DNA of 64,000 bases, taken from NCBI RefSeq assembly GCF_009914755.1, contig NC_060939.1; one strand, given 5' to 3'. The translations under genes and the position numbers were made by a program. The notes beneath the pieces are model-generated. The model was not told the origin of the DNA, did not search any database, and was given only the letters and a program-made list of their open reading frames with translations. This document shows, piece after piece, positions 15,697 to 31,953 of this stretch (the first letter of the stretch is position 1; each line of letters starts with the position of its first letter). Origin of the DNA: the human T2T-CHM13v2.0 reference genome, Homo sapiens.

Positions 15697-16702
15697 CATC
15701 TAAGAGGGGATGACTCAGCCTACATTGAGGGACAGAATCATGGGTATTTGATAAATCCTGAAATACATTCTTGTGTCAGAACAACAATGCTTTCCAGTGA
15801 ACATTTAGAGAAGAAGTGACCCTGTCTTTTGTCTGAGCTGCACCCTTGCTTTATGGCTGGCTGTGGATAATAGCTGCTTTATTGTGATTACCTGGGGGGA
15901 AAGATGAATTCCACACTACACTGAGCAGTGTGCGTTCTGTAATTTCCCCAGGAGCAGAAGCTGCCTTGCCAGACCTTTTCTGCGTGGTCTGAGGTGGCCA
16001 TCAGCCAGCTGTTGTTGTCTAAGACCTTGAGGTCTGGTAGATGCAGGTCTAATATTGATAGCCCTATGCAAACCACAAAGAAAACTTTGCTAATGTTTTC
16101 ATGTATTACATGTGAATGCCTGCTGTTGTCTGGCTTATGTATGGGTCTACTTTTTCTGTTATTTTTTTCCCCTCTGATTTGTGCTAGACTTTAAGACCTG
16201 GAAGAACTTATTTTTTGAACATTTGATTTAACTGATTTTTTGGAAAATTTCAAACATAGGTAAAAGTAGGGAGAATAGTATAATAGTGTGATAAGCTCCT
16301 ATGTACCCACTTAATTCCATTAGTTATCAGCCCATGACCAATCTTTTTCACAAATATTTCCATCCTCTCTCTCCCACCCAGATTATGGGAAACTGCTTGA
16401 ATTCACATTACAGAGCATTATTCATTGGTGGATATATTAATTGGAACTCTTGGTTGTAAGTGACAGAAACCCAAACTAAATACATTTTGATCAGAAAGGT
16501 ATTTTGTTGGTCATGTTACTGGGAAATGCAAGAGGTGGCCTGGGATTCAAATGTGGCTGCATTCCAGGGAATCAGTAACATTAGGACCCTGCCTTTCTCA
16601 TCTTTCTCCATCTCTAGGTTCTGTTTACTTCTGTCTCGGGCAGGCGAGAAGGCTTACCATGGGTTTGAGCTTGCAATCATACTGGGAGGGACTCTCTCAC
16701 CT

Positions 16703-17445
<743 letters not shown>

Positions 17446-18247
17446 CTAGTGACTGTTCCAATCCCAGACAAACTATACCATGGTCTTGTTTGGATCCTGT
17501 TCCCATCCCTGGAACCTAGTTTGGGGGATGGGGTACTTGGGTTAGCTCAGGTCATGTGACCAACCCTATGGTAGGGGACCCACATCGCATGAAGAGGAGA
17601 TAGGGAAGTGGGGATTGAGACAGACAGGAAAACATTCTTCTACCAAAATCAGTGCATACTTCTTTACTGGAAGCCACTGAGATGTTGAATCAACTAATTA
17701 GCATCCTAATGTGGATTAATCAGCTATCCTTTACCATGTGTTACTAGAAAATAATGCAGTCTTTTAAAATGGTCACTGACATTGATATTTTTCACATGCC
17801 TAGAAGGAGAGAGGAAGCCTATGGTCACTGAAGTTGAGTTTACTTTGGCTTTGTTTAAATAATTCTTTTTGCTGCTAAGATTGTTTTCTTGATTTTATCC
17901 TTCCTCCTCTTAAATGGCTCCCAGGCTGACCGGCGGGAGGAAGACACTGCTAATGCTTCTGCAGGGCTTTATGGCTGGATTTTGCATCGGGCTCTTGGTT
18001 TTGTTTGGATGTCTACTGCTATTCACATGTGCCTACTTAGGGAAACAGCTGCACTCATTCAGTGCAATGCCACATAGAATAGTAAAAGCGGAGTATACTC
18101 TCTGATAAACACATTAATTTTACCAGATGGTTCTTCTTAAGCCTTTAATTGCATTTCCTGGATTTGGTGACCTATCCTTAGATAATGCCTCCAGGAATTT
18201 TTCTCATAGCCTGGGACCTATTACTGTAAAGATGGCAAAAGTGGAAT

Positions 18248-18352
18248 TAGGGTGCCCGTGCATCCCAGTTCACCCAGGACAGTGATAGTTTATGCCTGTC
18301 GTCCCAGTCCCCTTTCACTCTCTGTCTTGGACAATAAATATATATGTCCATT
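18248..18352. mobile_element. MER94-like hAT-Blackjack
   Basis: tagggtg...cccaggacagt...tttatgcctgtcgtccc...cccctttcactctc...ggacaataaat. Confidence 0.65.
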
Positions 18353-18663
18353 ACACCGAGCATGGGCAGTTTCATAGGAAGCCACTTGTTTAGGTGCTGA
18401 GATTGGAGCAAATTCTACCTGTTTTCATGCCAAGGGTAATGGGGCTGCAGCATGAGACTGGAGTTTTGCTGGGTTGCTATAGGCTATAGGGCATCAGATA
18501 TCAGTTTTAATCCTTAAAACTGCTAGGGGGCAGCTTTATGTTTGGGTAGCTTGAGTGCACTGTGTGTCCCTGAGAGCTGAACTAAAGAGAGTGGCAACTG
18601 AAAAGCCAGAGGGGAGGCTGAGTCAGAAAGTGAAGGTCGCCAACTGGTGACATGAACAGTGAT

Positions 18664-19808
18664 TGTATCTGTCAGCAGTGGCTGGCTTATGTTACAGTAA
18701 CAAATAACCCCCAGATCCAAATGACTTAACATGACAAAAGCTTGCCTGCTGTTCACCTTCCATGTGTAAGGGTGGGTGTATTTTGCTTACCTGGGGACCC
18801 AGGCTGGTAGAAGCTGTATCTCAACTCATGATTTCACTGAGGCAGGGAAAGGGAACAAGTGACCTAGGCTCAAATTCTTTGTTTTTGTTTTTTTTTTTCT
18901 AACTTTTATTTTAAGTTCAGCGGTACATGTGCAGGATGTACAGGTTTATTACATAGGCAAACGTGTCATGGGGGGTTGTTATACAGATTATTTCATCACC
19001 CAGTTATTCAGCTTAGTAATCCATTAGTTATTTTTCCTGACCTTCTCCCTCCTCCCAGTCTCTGCCCTCTGATAGGCTCCAGTGTGTGTTGTTCCCCTGT
19101 CTGTGTCCATGTGTTCTCTTCATTTAGCTCCCACTTATAAGTGAGAATATGCAGTATTTGGTTTTCTGTTCCTGAATTAGTTTGCTGGGGATAATGGCCT
19201 CCAGCTCCATCCGTGTCCCTGCAAAGGACATAATCTCATTCTTTTTTATGGCTGCATAGTATTCCATGGTATATATATATATATATATATACGACATTTT
19301 CTTTATCAAGTTTATCATTGATGGGCATTTAGGTTGATTCCATGTCTTTACTATTGTGAATAGTGCCAATGAAAGAACATACATGCATATGTTCATAATG
19401 CATGCATGTGTCTTTATAATAGAATGATTTATATTCCTTTGGGTATGTACCAAGAAATGGGATTGCTGGGCTGAATGGTATTTCTGTCTCTAAGTCTTTG
19501 AGGAATTGCCACAGTGTCTTCCACAATGGGTGAACTAATTTACACTCCCACCAACAGTGTATAAGTGTTCCTTTTTCTCCACAACCTTGCCAGCATCTTG
19601 TTATTTTTGACTTAATGATAGCCAGCCATACAGACTCAGGTTCTTAAAGCTTCAATTAGAATTGATCCACATTGTTTCTGCTCACATCTCATTGGCCAAA
19701 GCAAGTCACAAATCACACCTAACTTCCAAGGGGGAAGGGAGGTACCCTCCCACTATGTGCTCAAAGGAGGAGAAATGGAATATCTGTGGCTGGCCCTAGT
19801 GACTAGCA
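18664..19808 (-). mobile_element. MLT1I/J-like MaLR LTR, split by an L1 3' fragment
   Basis: acagtaacaaataaccccc...gggacccaggctg; ctcacatctcattggccaaagcaagtcaca...cctaacttc. Confidence 0.7.
18879..19628 (-). mobile_element. L1PA13-16-like 5'-truncated L1
   Basis: L1 3'UTR reverse complement (tttagctcccacttataagtgagaa, ggctgcatagtattccatggt); degenerate TSD aggctcaaattctt/agactcaggttctt. Confidence 0.9.
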
Positions 19809-20429
19809 GGCAGGAAGCTCCAGTGAAATTCCCTGAATGCCTTCCTCGTTAAGTCCAGGTGACTTTTATTAGGTTGTTTGCAAGAATAGTAGATGTTGCT
19901 CCAGGGAATATTAAAGGTGCCACCACACAGTCTGATATCCACAGAGCCCTGAGCCACTTCAGTCAAGATCTACCCCTTGCGTGCTTCTGACTCCTCCACC
20001 AATCCAGCAGTCTGCCCCAACACAGACGCCATGGTGGGGCATGATGGGGCAGGGGGCGCTGTCAGATAAAAACATAGACAATCTTATCAGAACTGTAAGA
20101 TATGAGGGAGGGAGGCTTGTGACTAAGTGCTGGTGGACCTGGAATTAGAGTGTTCGTGTTTTACTGAAGCGGCTTTATTCATAGGCACTCTCATTCCCAC
20201 AGCCCACCCCTGTGCATAGATAATCCATAATCCTGTGAATGTTCAGAGTGGAAGGGGCAGACCTTAGAGAAATGAGAGGCGGTTTCTATTTCACTGGGAG
20301 TGGATCTGGAATGCTCCCCACAAGATCCATTCTCAGAGCTCTCTTTTACATGCCAGGGGATACCTGGCAAGACTAGGCCATGTTTGCTTTGGGGATGAGC
20401 ATATCATTGAGGACAAAGCCCAGAGGGCA

Positions 20430-20740
20430 ACCTCTTTGTGAAAACAAAATGATGATTTTGGTTTTGTATATGTTGAGTCTGAATGAATGGTGGGACCCAA
20501 CAGGAGGTTAGGGATGCAAGGTTCTGAAGTTTAGGGAGATATCTTAGGGTTGTAGACCCATACTTGCAGTCATCAACCTTGGTGAGATTAGTGGATAAGA
20601 CCTTCAAGAAAATGTAGAATAACAAAATGGATTTTACAAGGACCAGGAAATGAGCTTTGGAGTATGTTACATTAAGGAAGCAGGGGAAAGAGTCTCAGCC
20701 ATTAAAGGACACTGAGAAGGTGATCCAGGTATAGGAGAGG
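20430..20740 (-). mobile_element. L2 fragment
   Basis: gattttggttttgtatatgttgagtctga...gcagtcatcaac...gacactgagaagg. Confidence 0.55.
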
Positions 20741-20832
20741 CACCAAGGCATTATCATCCCATGTATCATTTCTTATGTTAATAAAGCTTATTGTGGTTTA
20801 TAAAGTTCTGCTAATACACACAGCACAATGAA

Positions 20833-20988
20833 TGCTATGGACTAAATGTTTATGTCTGTCTAAAATTCATAAGTTAGAGCCCTAACCCCCAGCGTATTTG
20901 AAGATGGGGACTCTAAGGAACTAATTAAGATTAAATGAGGTCTTAAGGGCAGGGCCCTGATCTGATAGGATTAGTGTTCTTATAAGAG
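20833..20988 (+). mobile_element. MLT1A-like LTR, 5' ~155 bp only
   Basis: TGCTATGGACT start, taattaagattaaatgaggtc, gggccctgatctgataggattagtg; the 3' part is not found after the L1. Confidence 0.8.
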
Positions 20989-22440
20989 GAACACTAATAT
21001 TACCTGGGGACCCAGGCCGATAGAAGCTGTATCTCAACTCATGCTTTCACTGAGGCAGGGAAAGGACACCAGTGTTCCTAGTGGAACACTAACAGTGGTG
21101 GCTGGCAAGATGGTCAAGTAGAAACGGCTCCGGTCTGCAGCTCCCAGCAAGATCAATGCAGAAGGCAGGTGATTTCTGCATTTCCAACTGAGGTACCCAG
21201 CTTATCACACTGGGACTGGTTAGACAGTAGGTACAGCCCACGGAGGCTGAGCTGAAGCAGGGTGGGGCTCTGCATCACCCAGGAAGCACAAGGGGTTGGG
21301 GAACTCCCTCCCCTAGTCAAGGGAAGCCGTGAGAGACTGTGCCTTGAGGAATGGTGCACTCTAGCCCAGATACTACGCTTTTGCCGTGGTCTTTGCAACC
21401 TGCAGACTAGGAGATTCCCTCGGGTGCCTACACCACCAGGGCCCTGGGTTTCAAGCACAAAACTGGGTGGTCATTTGGGCAGACACCAAGCTAGCTGCAG
21501 GAGTTTTTTTTTCGTACCCCAGTGGCGCCTGGAATGCCAGTGAGACAAAACGGTTCACTCCCCTGGAAAGGGGGCTGAAGCCAGGGAGCCAAGTGGTCTA
21601 GCTCAGCAGGTCCCACCCCCACGGAGCCCAGGAAGCTAAGATCCACTGGCTTGAAATTCTCGCTGCCAGCACAGCAGTCTGAAGTCGACCTTAGACGCTT
21701 GAGCTTTGTGGGGGGGGAGGGGCATCTGCCATTACTGAGGCTTGAGTAGTTAGTTTTCCCCTCACAATGTAAACAAAGCCGCCAGGAAGTTCAAACTCGG
21801 CAGAGCCCACCGCAGCTCGGGAAAGTCACTGTAACCAGACTGCCTCTCTAGATTCCTCCTCACTGGGCAGGGCATCTCTGAAGGAAAGGTAACAGCCCCA
21901 TTCAGGGGCTTACAGACAAAATCCCCATCTCCCTGGGACAGACCGCCTGGGGGAAGGGGCGGATGTGAGCGCAGCTTCAGCAGACTTAAACATTCCTGCC
22001 TGCTGGCTCTGAAGAGAGCAGCGGATCTCCCATCACAGCGCTCAAGCTCTGGTAAGGGACAGACTGCCTCCTCAAGTGGGTCCCTGACCCCTGTGCCTTC
22101 TGACTGGGAGACACCTCTCAGCAGGGGTTGACAGACACCTCATACAGGAGAGCGCCGGCTGGCATCTAGTGGGGGTCCCTCTGGGACAAAGCTTCCAGAG
22201 GAAGGAACAGGAAGCAATCTTTGCTGTTCTTCAGCCTCTGCTGGTGATACCTAGGCAAACAGGATCTGGAGTGGACCTCCAACAAACTCCAGCAGACCTG
22301 CAGCAGAGGGGCCTGACTGTTAGAAGGAAAACCAACAAACAGAAAGGAATAGCATCAACATCAACAAAAAGGACGTCCACGCAAAAACCACATATGAAGG
22401 TCACCAACATCAAAGAACAAAGGTAGATAAACCCACAAAG

Positions 22441-23465
22441 ACGAGGAAAAATCAGTGCAAAAAGGCTGAAAATTCCAAAAACCAGAGGCCTCTTTTCCTC
22501 CAAAGGATCACAGCTCCTTGCCAGCAAGGGAACAAAACTGAACAGAGAATGAGTTTGATGAATTGACAGAAGTAGGCTTCAGAAGGTGGGTAATAACAAA
22601 CTCCTCCAAGCTAAAGGAGCATGTTCTAACCCAATGGAAGGAAGCCAAGAACCTTGAAAAAAGGTTAGAGGAATTGCTAACTAGAATAACCAGTTTAGAG
22701 AAGAATATAAGTGACCTGATGGAGCTGAAAACCACAGCACAAGAACTTCATGAAGCATATACAAGTATCAATAGCTGAATTGATCAAGCAGAAGAAAGGA
22801 TGTCAGAGATTGAAGATCAACTTAATGAAATTACAGCGTGAAGACAAGATTAGAGAAAAAAGAATGAAAAGGAATGAACAAAGCCTCCAAGAAATATGGG
22901 ACTATATGAAAAGACCAAACCTATGTTTGATTGGTGTACCTGAAAGTGACGGGAAGAATGGAACCAAGTTGGAAAACACTCTTCAGGATATTATCCAGGA
23001 GAACTTCCCCAACCTAGCAAGACAGGCCAACATTCAAATTCAGGAAATACAGAGAACACCACAAAGATACTGCTCGAGAAGAGCAACCCCAAGACACATA
23101 ATCGTCAGATTCACCAACGTTGAAATGAAGGAAAAAATGTTAAGGACAGCTAGAGAAAGGTCGGGTTACCCACAAAGGGAAGCCCATCAGGCTAACAGCG
23201 GATCTTTCTGCAGAAACCCTACAAGCCAGAAGAGAGTGGCAGCCAATATTCAACATTCTTAAAGAAAAGAATTTTCAATCCAGAATTTCATTTCATTTCC
23301 AAACTAAGCTTCATAAGTGAAGGAGAAATAAAATCCTTTACAGACAAGCAAATGCTGAGAGATTTTGTCATCACCAGGCTTGCCTTACAAGAGCTCCTGA
23401 AGGAAGCACTAAATATGGAAAGGAAAAACCAGTAACAGCCACTGCAAAAACATACCAAATTGTAA
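22441..23465 (+). pseudogene. L1 ORF1p remnant (disabled)
   Basis: start codon reads ACG; fragments such as KRNEQSLQEIWDYMKRPNL...QENFPNLARQANIQIQEIQRTP; stops and frameshifts. Confidence 0.93.
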
Positions 23466-23528
23466 AGAACATCGATACTATGAAGAAACCGAATCAACTA
23501 ATGGGCAAAATAACCAGCTAGCATCATA

Positions 23529-26400
<2,872 letters not shown>

Positions 26401-26600
26401 AATTATTGAGCACTTACTATATTATAGGCACAGTTCAAAGTGTTGACTCATTTAATCCTCACAATTACCCCATCAGGTGGGAACTAGTTTTTACCTTCAT
26501 TTTACAGATAAAACAAAGGCCTAGACTAGTTAACTAACTTGCCCACGGTCACCTAGCTAGTAAGTGATAGAGCCAGGTTCAAACTCCAAAGTCTGGCTAC
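26401..26600. mobile_element. MIR
   Basis: ttattgagcacttacta...catttaatcctcacaa...cattttacagat...aacttgcccacggtcac. Confidence 0.85.
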
Positions 26601-27074
26601 AGGAATTTCTACTCATATGTATATGGAAGCCAAGAAAAGGGTTTCCAGAAGGAGAGGTGGTCAACACTGCTGAACATCAGAAGAGGTCAAGGGAAATAAC
26701 TGAGAAAATAAGACAAGGATGGGCTGTTGGGAACCCTACTGGAAGGGAATTAGAGTGGTCAGGTGGTCAGTGAGTATAGCCATCTCTCTTTTTTTTTTTT
26801 TTAATGGCCATGTAGAAGGCATATTAGGAGTGTATGCTACTTTAAGGAGAAGGGAAAGGTTTGTCTAGAATGATAAAGGAATGAGGATGTTCTGTAGATG
26901 TGAGGATGTAGCTTGTAGCAAGGGAGTACAGATTTAATAGAATGATATCTCTGAACCTGTGCTATCCTAAAAGAAAAGATGCAAAGTGGGCATTTTTTCT
27001 TCCTGTAGAATGTGTATTATTGCTTCTCTGCAAGCTTTTATAAAAAGCTTCTTCATCATTTAATAAAAATTAAT

Positions 27075-27597
27075 TCATTCAAGAGAAATGAAAGTAATCG
27101 TATTGCCATAAAAAAAAATTTGCCCAAGAATGTTCACAGCACCTTTTTTCATATTAGCTTCAAACTGGTAACAACCCAAATATCCATCAACAGGAGACTG
27201 AATAAAAAAATTGTGGTACATTCATACAATGGAGTATTACTCAAAGTAAAAAAAGAACACACTACTGACACATGTAAAATCCTGGATGAATCTCAAAAAC
27301 TTTATGTTGAGCAAAATAAGGCAGATACAAGAGCACATACTGTCTGATTCCATTTATATGGTATTCTATAATAGGAAAAATTAGGCTGTGGTGATAGAAA
27401 TCAGAACAGTGTTTGCCTATGCAGGTGGGAGGAGTATTATAGCTGGAAAGGGAAATGATAGAACCTTCTGGAATGATGGTAATGTTTTATGTCATGATTG
27501 GCATTATATACACATGGGTGTATACAGTTATCAAAATCCATTGAACTATACACTTATGTGCATTTTATTGTATATAATATAAACTATATTTTAAAAA
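27075..27597 (+). mobile_element. L1ME-like 3' fragment
   Basis: caagaatgttcacagca...ggtacattcatacaatggagtattac...tgattccatttatatg...gaatgatggtaatgtt. Confidence 0.75.
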
Positions 27598-28077
27598 CCT
27601 TATGATTCTCTTTTCCCTTTTCTCTTTCTTTCTCATTGTCTCACTCTCTGCCTCTCTCTCTCACTCTGTCTCTCCAATTCCTGAAGGAGACTTTTAGAGC
27701 TAGTATTAATGTCACATTGTGAACTATTCTAAGGCTTTCTAGTTTCTCTCTTTTATTAGACTCAAAAATGTGTAGTATCAACTATACAACTACTAGGAGA
27801 AAACATAGGAGAAACACTACAAGACATCAGTCTAGGGGATGATTTCTTGCATATGACCTCAAAAGCACAGACAAAAGCAAAAATAGACAAATGAGATTAT
27901 ATCAAACTAAAAAGCTTCTGCATAGCAAAAGAAACAATGAATAGAGTGAAAAGACAACCCACAGATTGGGAGAAAATATTTACAAATCATACGTCAGATC
28001 AGGGGCTCAAATCCAAAATATGCAAGAAACTGAAACCACTTACTAGCAAGAAAACAACTCTTAAAAATGGGCAAAGG

Positions 28078-28515
<438 letters not shown>

Positions 28516-28572
28516 CTATCATCTCATGCCTGTTAGAATGGCCATTAGAAAAAAGATGAAAGATGGTAAGTG

Positions 28573-28946
<374 letters not shown>

Positions 28947-29731
28947 TCAAAAAAAACTAAAAATAGAGTTACCATCATTCTGCAGTCCCACTTCTGGGTA
29001 TATAGCCACAGGAATGTAAAGCAGTGTGTTGATGAGACGTCTGCACTTTCATGTTCACTGCAGCGTTATTCACATGCCAAGATATGGAAACAACCTAAGT
29101 GCCTATCGACAGCTGAAAGGATTTAAAAATGTGGTCTGTGTACATGAAAGAATACGATTCAGCCTGAAAGAAGAATGAAATTCTGTAATTTGTGACAACA
29201 TGGGTAAACCTGGAGGGCGTTATGCTATGTGAAATAAGCCAGGCACAGAAAGATGAATATTAGATGATCTCACTTTTATGTGGAATGTAAAAATTTGAAC
29301 TCAGAAGAAGAGAGTAGAATGGCAGTTACCAGAGGCTGAGGAGGGAGGGAGTGGGTGGTGAAAAGTAAAATGTTGGTCAAAGGGCACAAAATTGCAGTGA
29401 GACAGGAGGAAAAAGTTTTGGTGATCTATTGCACAGCAAGGTGACTATAATTAATAATAATGTATATTTCAAAGTTGCTAAAAGAGTAGATTCTAAATGT
29501 TCTCACCACAAAGAAATAAGTATGAGGTGAGGGATACGTTAATTAACCATATTTTCTTATTCCACAATGTATACACGTATTGAAACCCCATAAATATATA
29601 CAAATATTTATCAATCGAAATAAAATTTAAAAATACACAGTATCATTTTGAGACTCATTTAGAATTATAGGGCTTTGCTGGGCGTAGGAATCCTCTAATA
29701 GGTCAGAATCCGAGGAAGCAAGCCAGACATC

Positions 29732-30165
29732 TGTGTTAGTTAGCTTTCTTATTTTGCAAGCAACAGACACCAATTTTGGCTAAGTCAAACACAAAAGGAT
29801 TTTATCAGGAGGATATCCAATAGCTCAGAGACCCAACAGGAAGTGTGGAGAAGTAGGCTTGGTAAAGGATGGAAACTGGGAAGCCCTGGGCTTCCAGGTG
29901 GACAGAACTCACAGTCTCATTAGTGTGCTGCTGCTGCAATGGAAAATTCCAGCAGGTTTCTCCATCTAAGAGTCAAAGTCCTGGTAACAAGGGTTGGATT
30001 GGCTTAGCTTAGGCCACATCCCACACCTTGGCCAGGGGGAGCTGGGACACCCTGAGTGACAGTCTCGCCAAGACTACACACAGAGGGGAGAAGTAATTTT
30101 CAAATAAGAAATCTAGAAAGAAGGGAAAGTGGATATGGGATGGACAAAAATGATTGGTGTCTGTG
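29732..30165 (-). mobile_element. Old MLT1K/L-like LTR
   Basis: ttgcaagcaacagacacc...ggattggcttagcttaggccacat. Confidence 0.55.
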
Positions 30166-31574
30166 ACTGAAACTCATGACATGTCAGGGTAGCCACCTGG
30201 CTCGTCAACTGTCATTTCATCATTCAGCTGGTAGGGCTTCCTGACACCTTTGGGGGAATTGTTGAAATTGAAATGTAACACGCAAGTATCATTCATTCCT
30301 CCTTCTTGTTGTGTTTGCATTTCTGAAGATTGTACAGACAAGACCTGTGTAGATCCCCTCTGATCCCAAATGTGATGCTGGTGTAATTCAGGTTGACCAG
30401 TGTGTATTTACACAGGCGCATGGGCCACTGCATCATAAGGGGGCATGACCTTAGGATGGGAGTGAGGAATGATTCCCTCCTCCGTGATTCCTATAATCCT
30501 GGTTGCTGGTCTAGTTCTTCTCCCACCACTGCTGCCAAGTAGGAGTATATGTGTGAAATGTCTCTGGGACAGGCCTCCTTCTCACACCCACACCATGTTT
30601 CTCTCTCTAGCTAAAGAGGAAGGAGAATGCAGGATGGGGCAAATGGTTATTACCTACCTCTGTAAGTCTTTCCACTGGAAAATGTAGGATATGAGAAAGG
30701 AAAGATTGAGGGAGAAAATTGCCTCTATTCTAGGGTATTCTAGCAGGTGTAAATGATTCTTAAAAAAGCTGTTTCTTTCCTGGCACTTGAACCCATGTCA
30801 TTCTGGGTAGTTAGTAAAGAAAAGCCTCAGGGTGTATTTCAACATCTAATGAGCAGATTAGACTAAATAGGAATGATTTTAAGGACTTGAAACCAAGCAT
30901 AGAGCTTAAACTCACTGCAAAATATTAAATACTGAGACCCGATCCTATTGTTTCTCTCTTCCAAGAACTCAGCTTTCTACAAAGACTGCCTTGCTCAGTT
31001 GTCATCGTGTGGCTGGTTGGGGTGTCAGTATTCTAGTGTTCCTACTCAACAGATGCAGGAATAGAGACTCACAGGGGTAGGATGGTCTGCCCTGGGTCAC
31101 AGAACAACAGAGAAGAATCAGAGTCACCGAGAAGTTACATAAGCACAGCCCACCAAGCTGAGAGCAGCGATTTGCCTGAGGGCCTGCAGAAGAATTTCTC
31201 CCTCCATGCATCCAAGCCATGACTGATTCATTTCCTTTAAAAACAAACAAATGTGTTTTTACATCAAGACTACTAAGACTTCTCCAGGAAATCCTGGGTC
31301 TCTGTCTTAATCTCTTGTAGCACAGTTCTCTCACTCTCCGAGCAGAGGTCACCATGTTGTAAATTGGTGGGGACATGTCCTGAAGGAGTGGTTGGGACAT
31401 TTTGTTGTACCTTGCATGGACCTTGAGATATTAGTATCTGGTGCATATCAAGAGGTTTTCAGAGTTAGATTTACAACTACGGTGTGATCAGTGAATATGC
31501 AACTTATATTTAAATTACACATTCAGCCCATGCTTTATATATTTATCAGACATTCTCACCCCACTGATACAGTC

Positions 31575-31953
31575 TGATTTGGCTTGGCTCTGTGTTCCCA
31601 CCTAAATCTCATCTTGAATTGTAGTTCCCATAATCCCCACCTGTTATGGGAGGGTCCAGGTGGGGATAATTGAATCATGGGGGCAGTTACCCCTTGCTGC
31701 TGTTCTCGTGATAGTGAGTTAGTTCTCACGGGATCTGTTGGTTTTATAAGGGGCTTTTCCTCCTTTTGCTTGGTGCATCGCCTTACTGCCACCGTGTGAG
31801 GAGGGCTGTGTTTGCTTCCCCTTCTGCGATGATTCTAAGTTTTCTGAGGCCTCCCCAGCCATGCTGAACTGTGAGTCAATTAAACTTCTTTCCTTTGTAA
31901 ATTACCCAGTCTAGCGTAAGTTTCTATCAGCAGCATGAGAACGGACTAATACA
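31575..31953 (+). mobile_element. THE1D solo LTR
   Basis: aaatctcatcttgaattgtagttcccataatcccc...gaactgtgagtcaattaaac...ggactaataca; TG..CA ends; 5-bp TSD cagtc/ctgtc. Confidence 0.9.
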
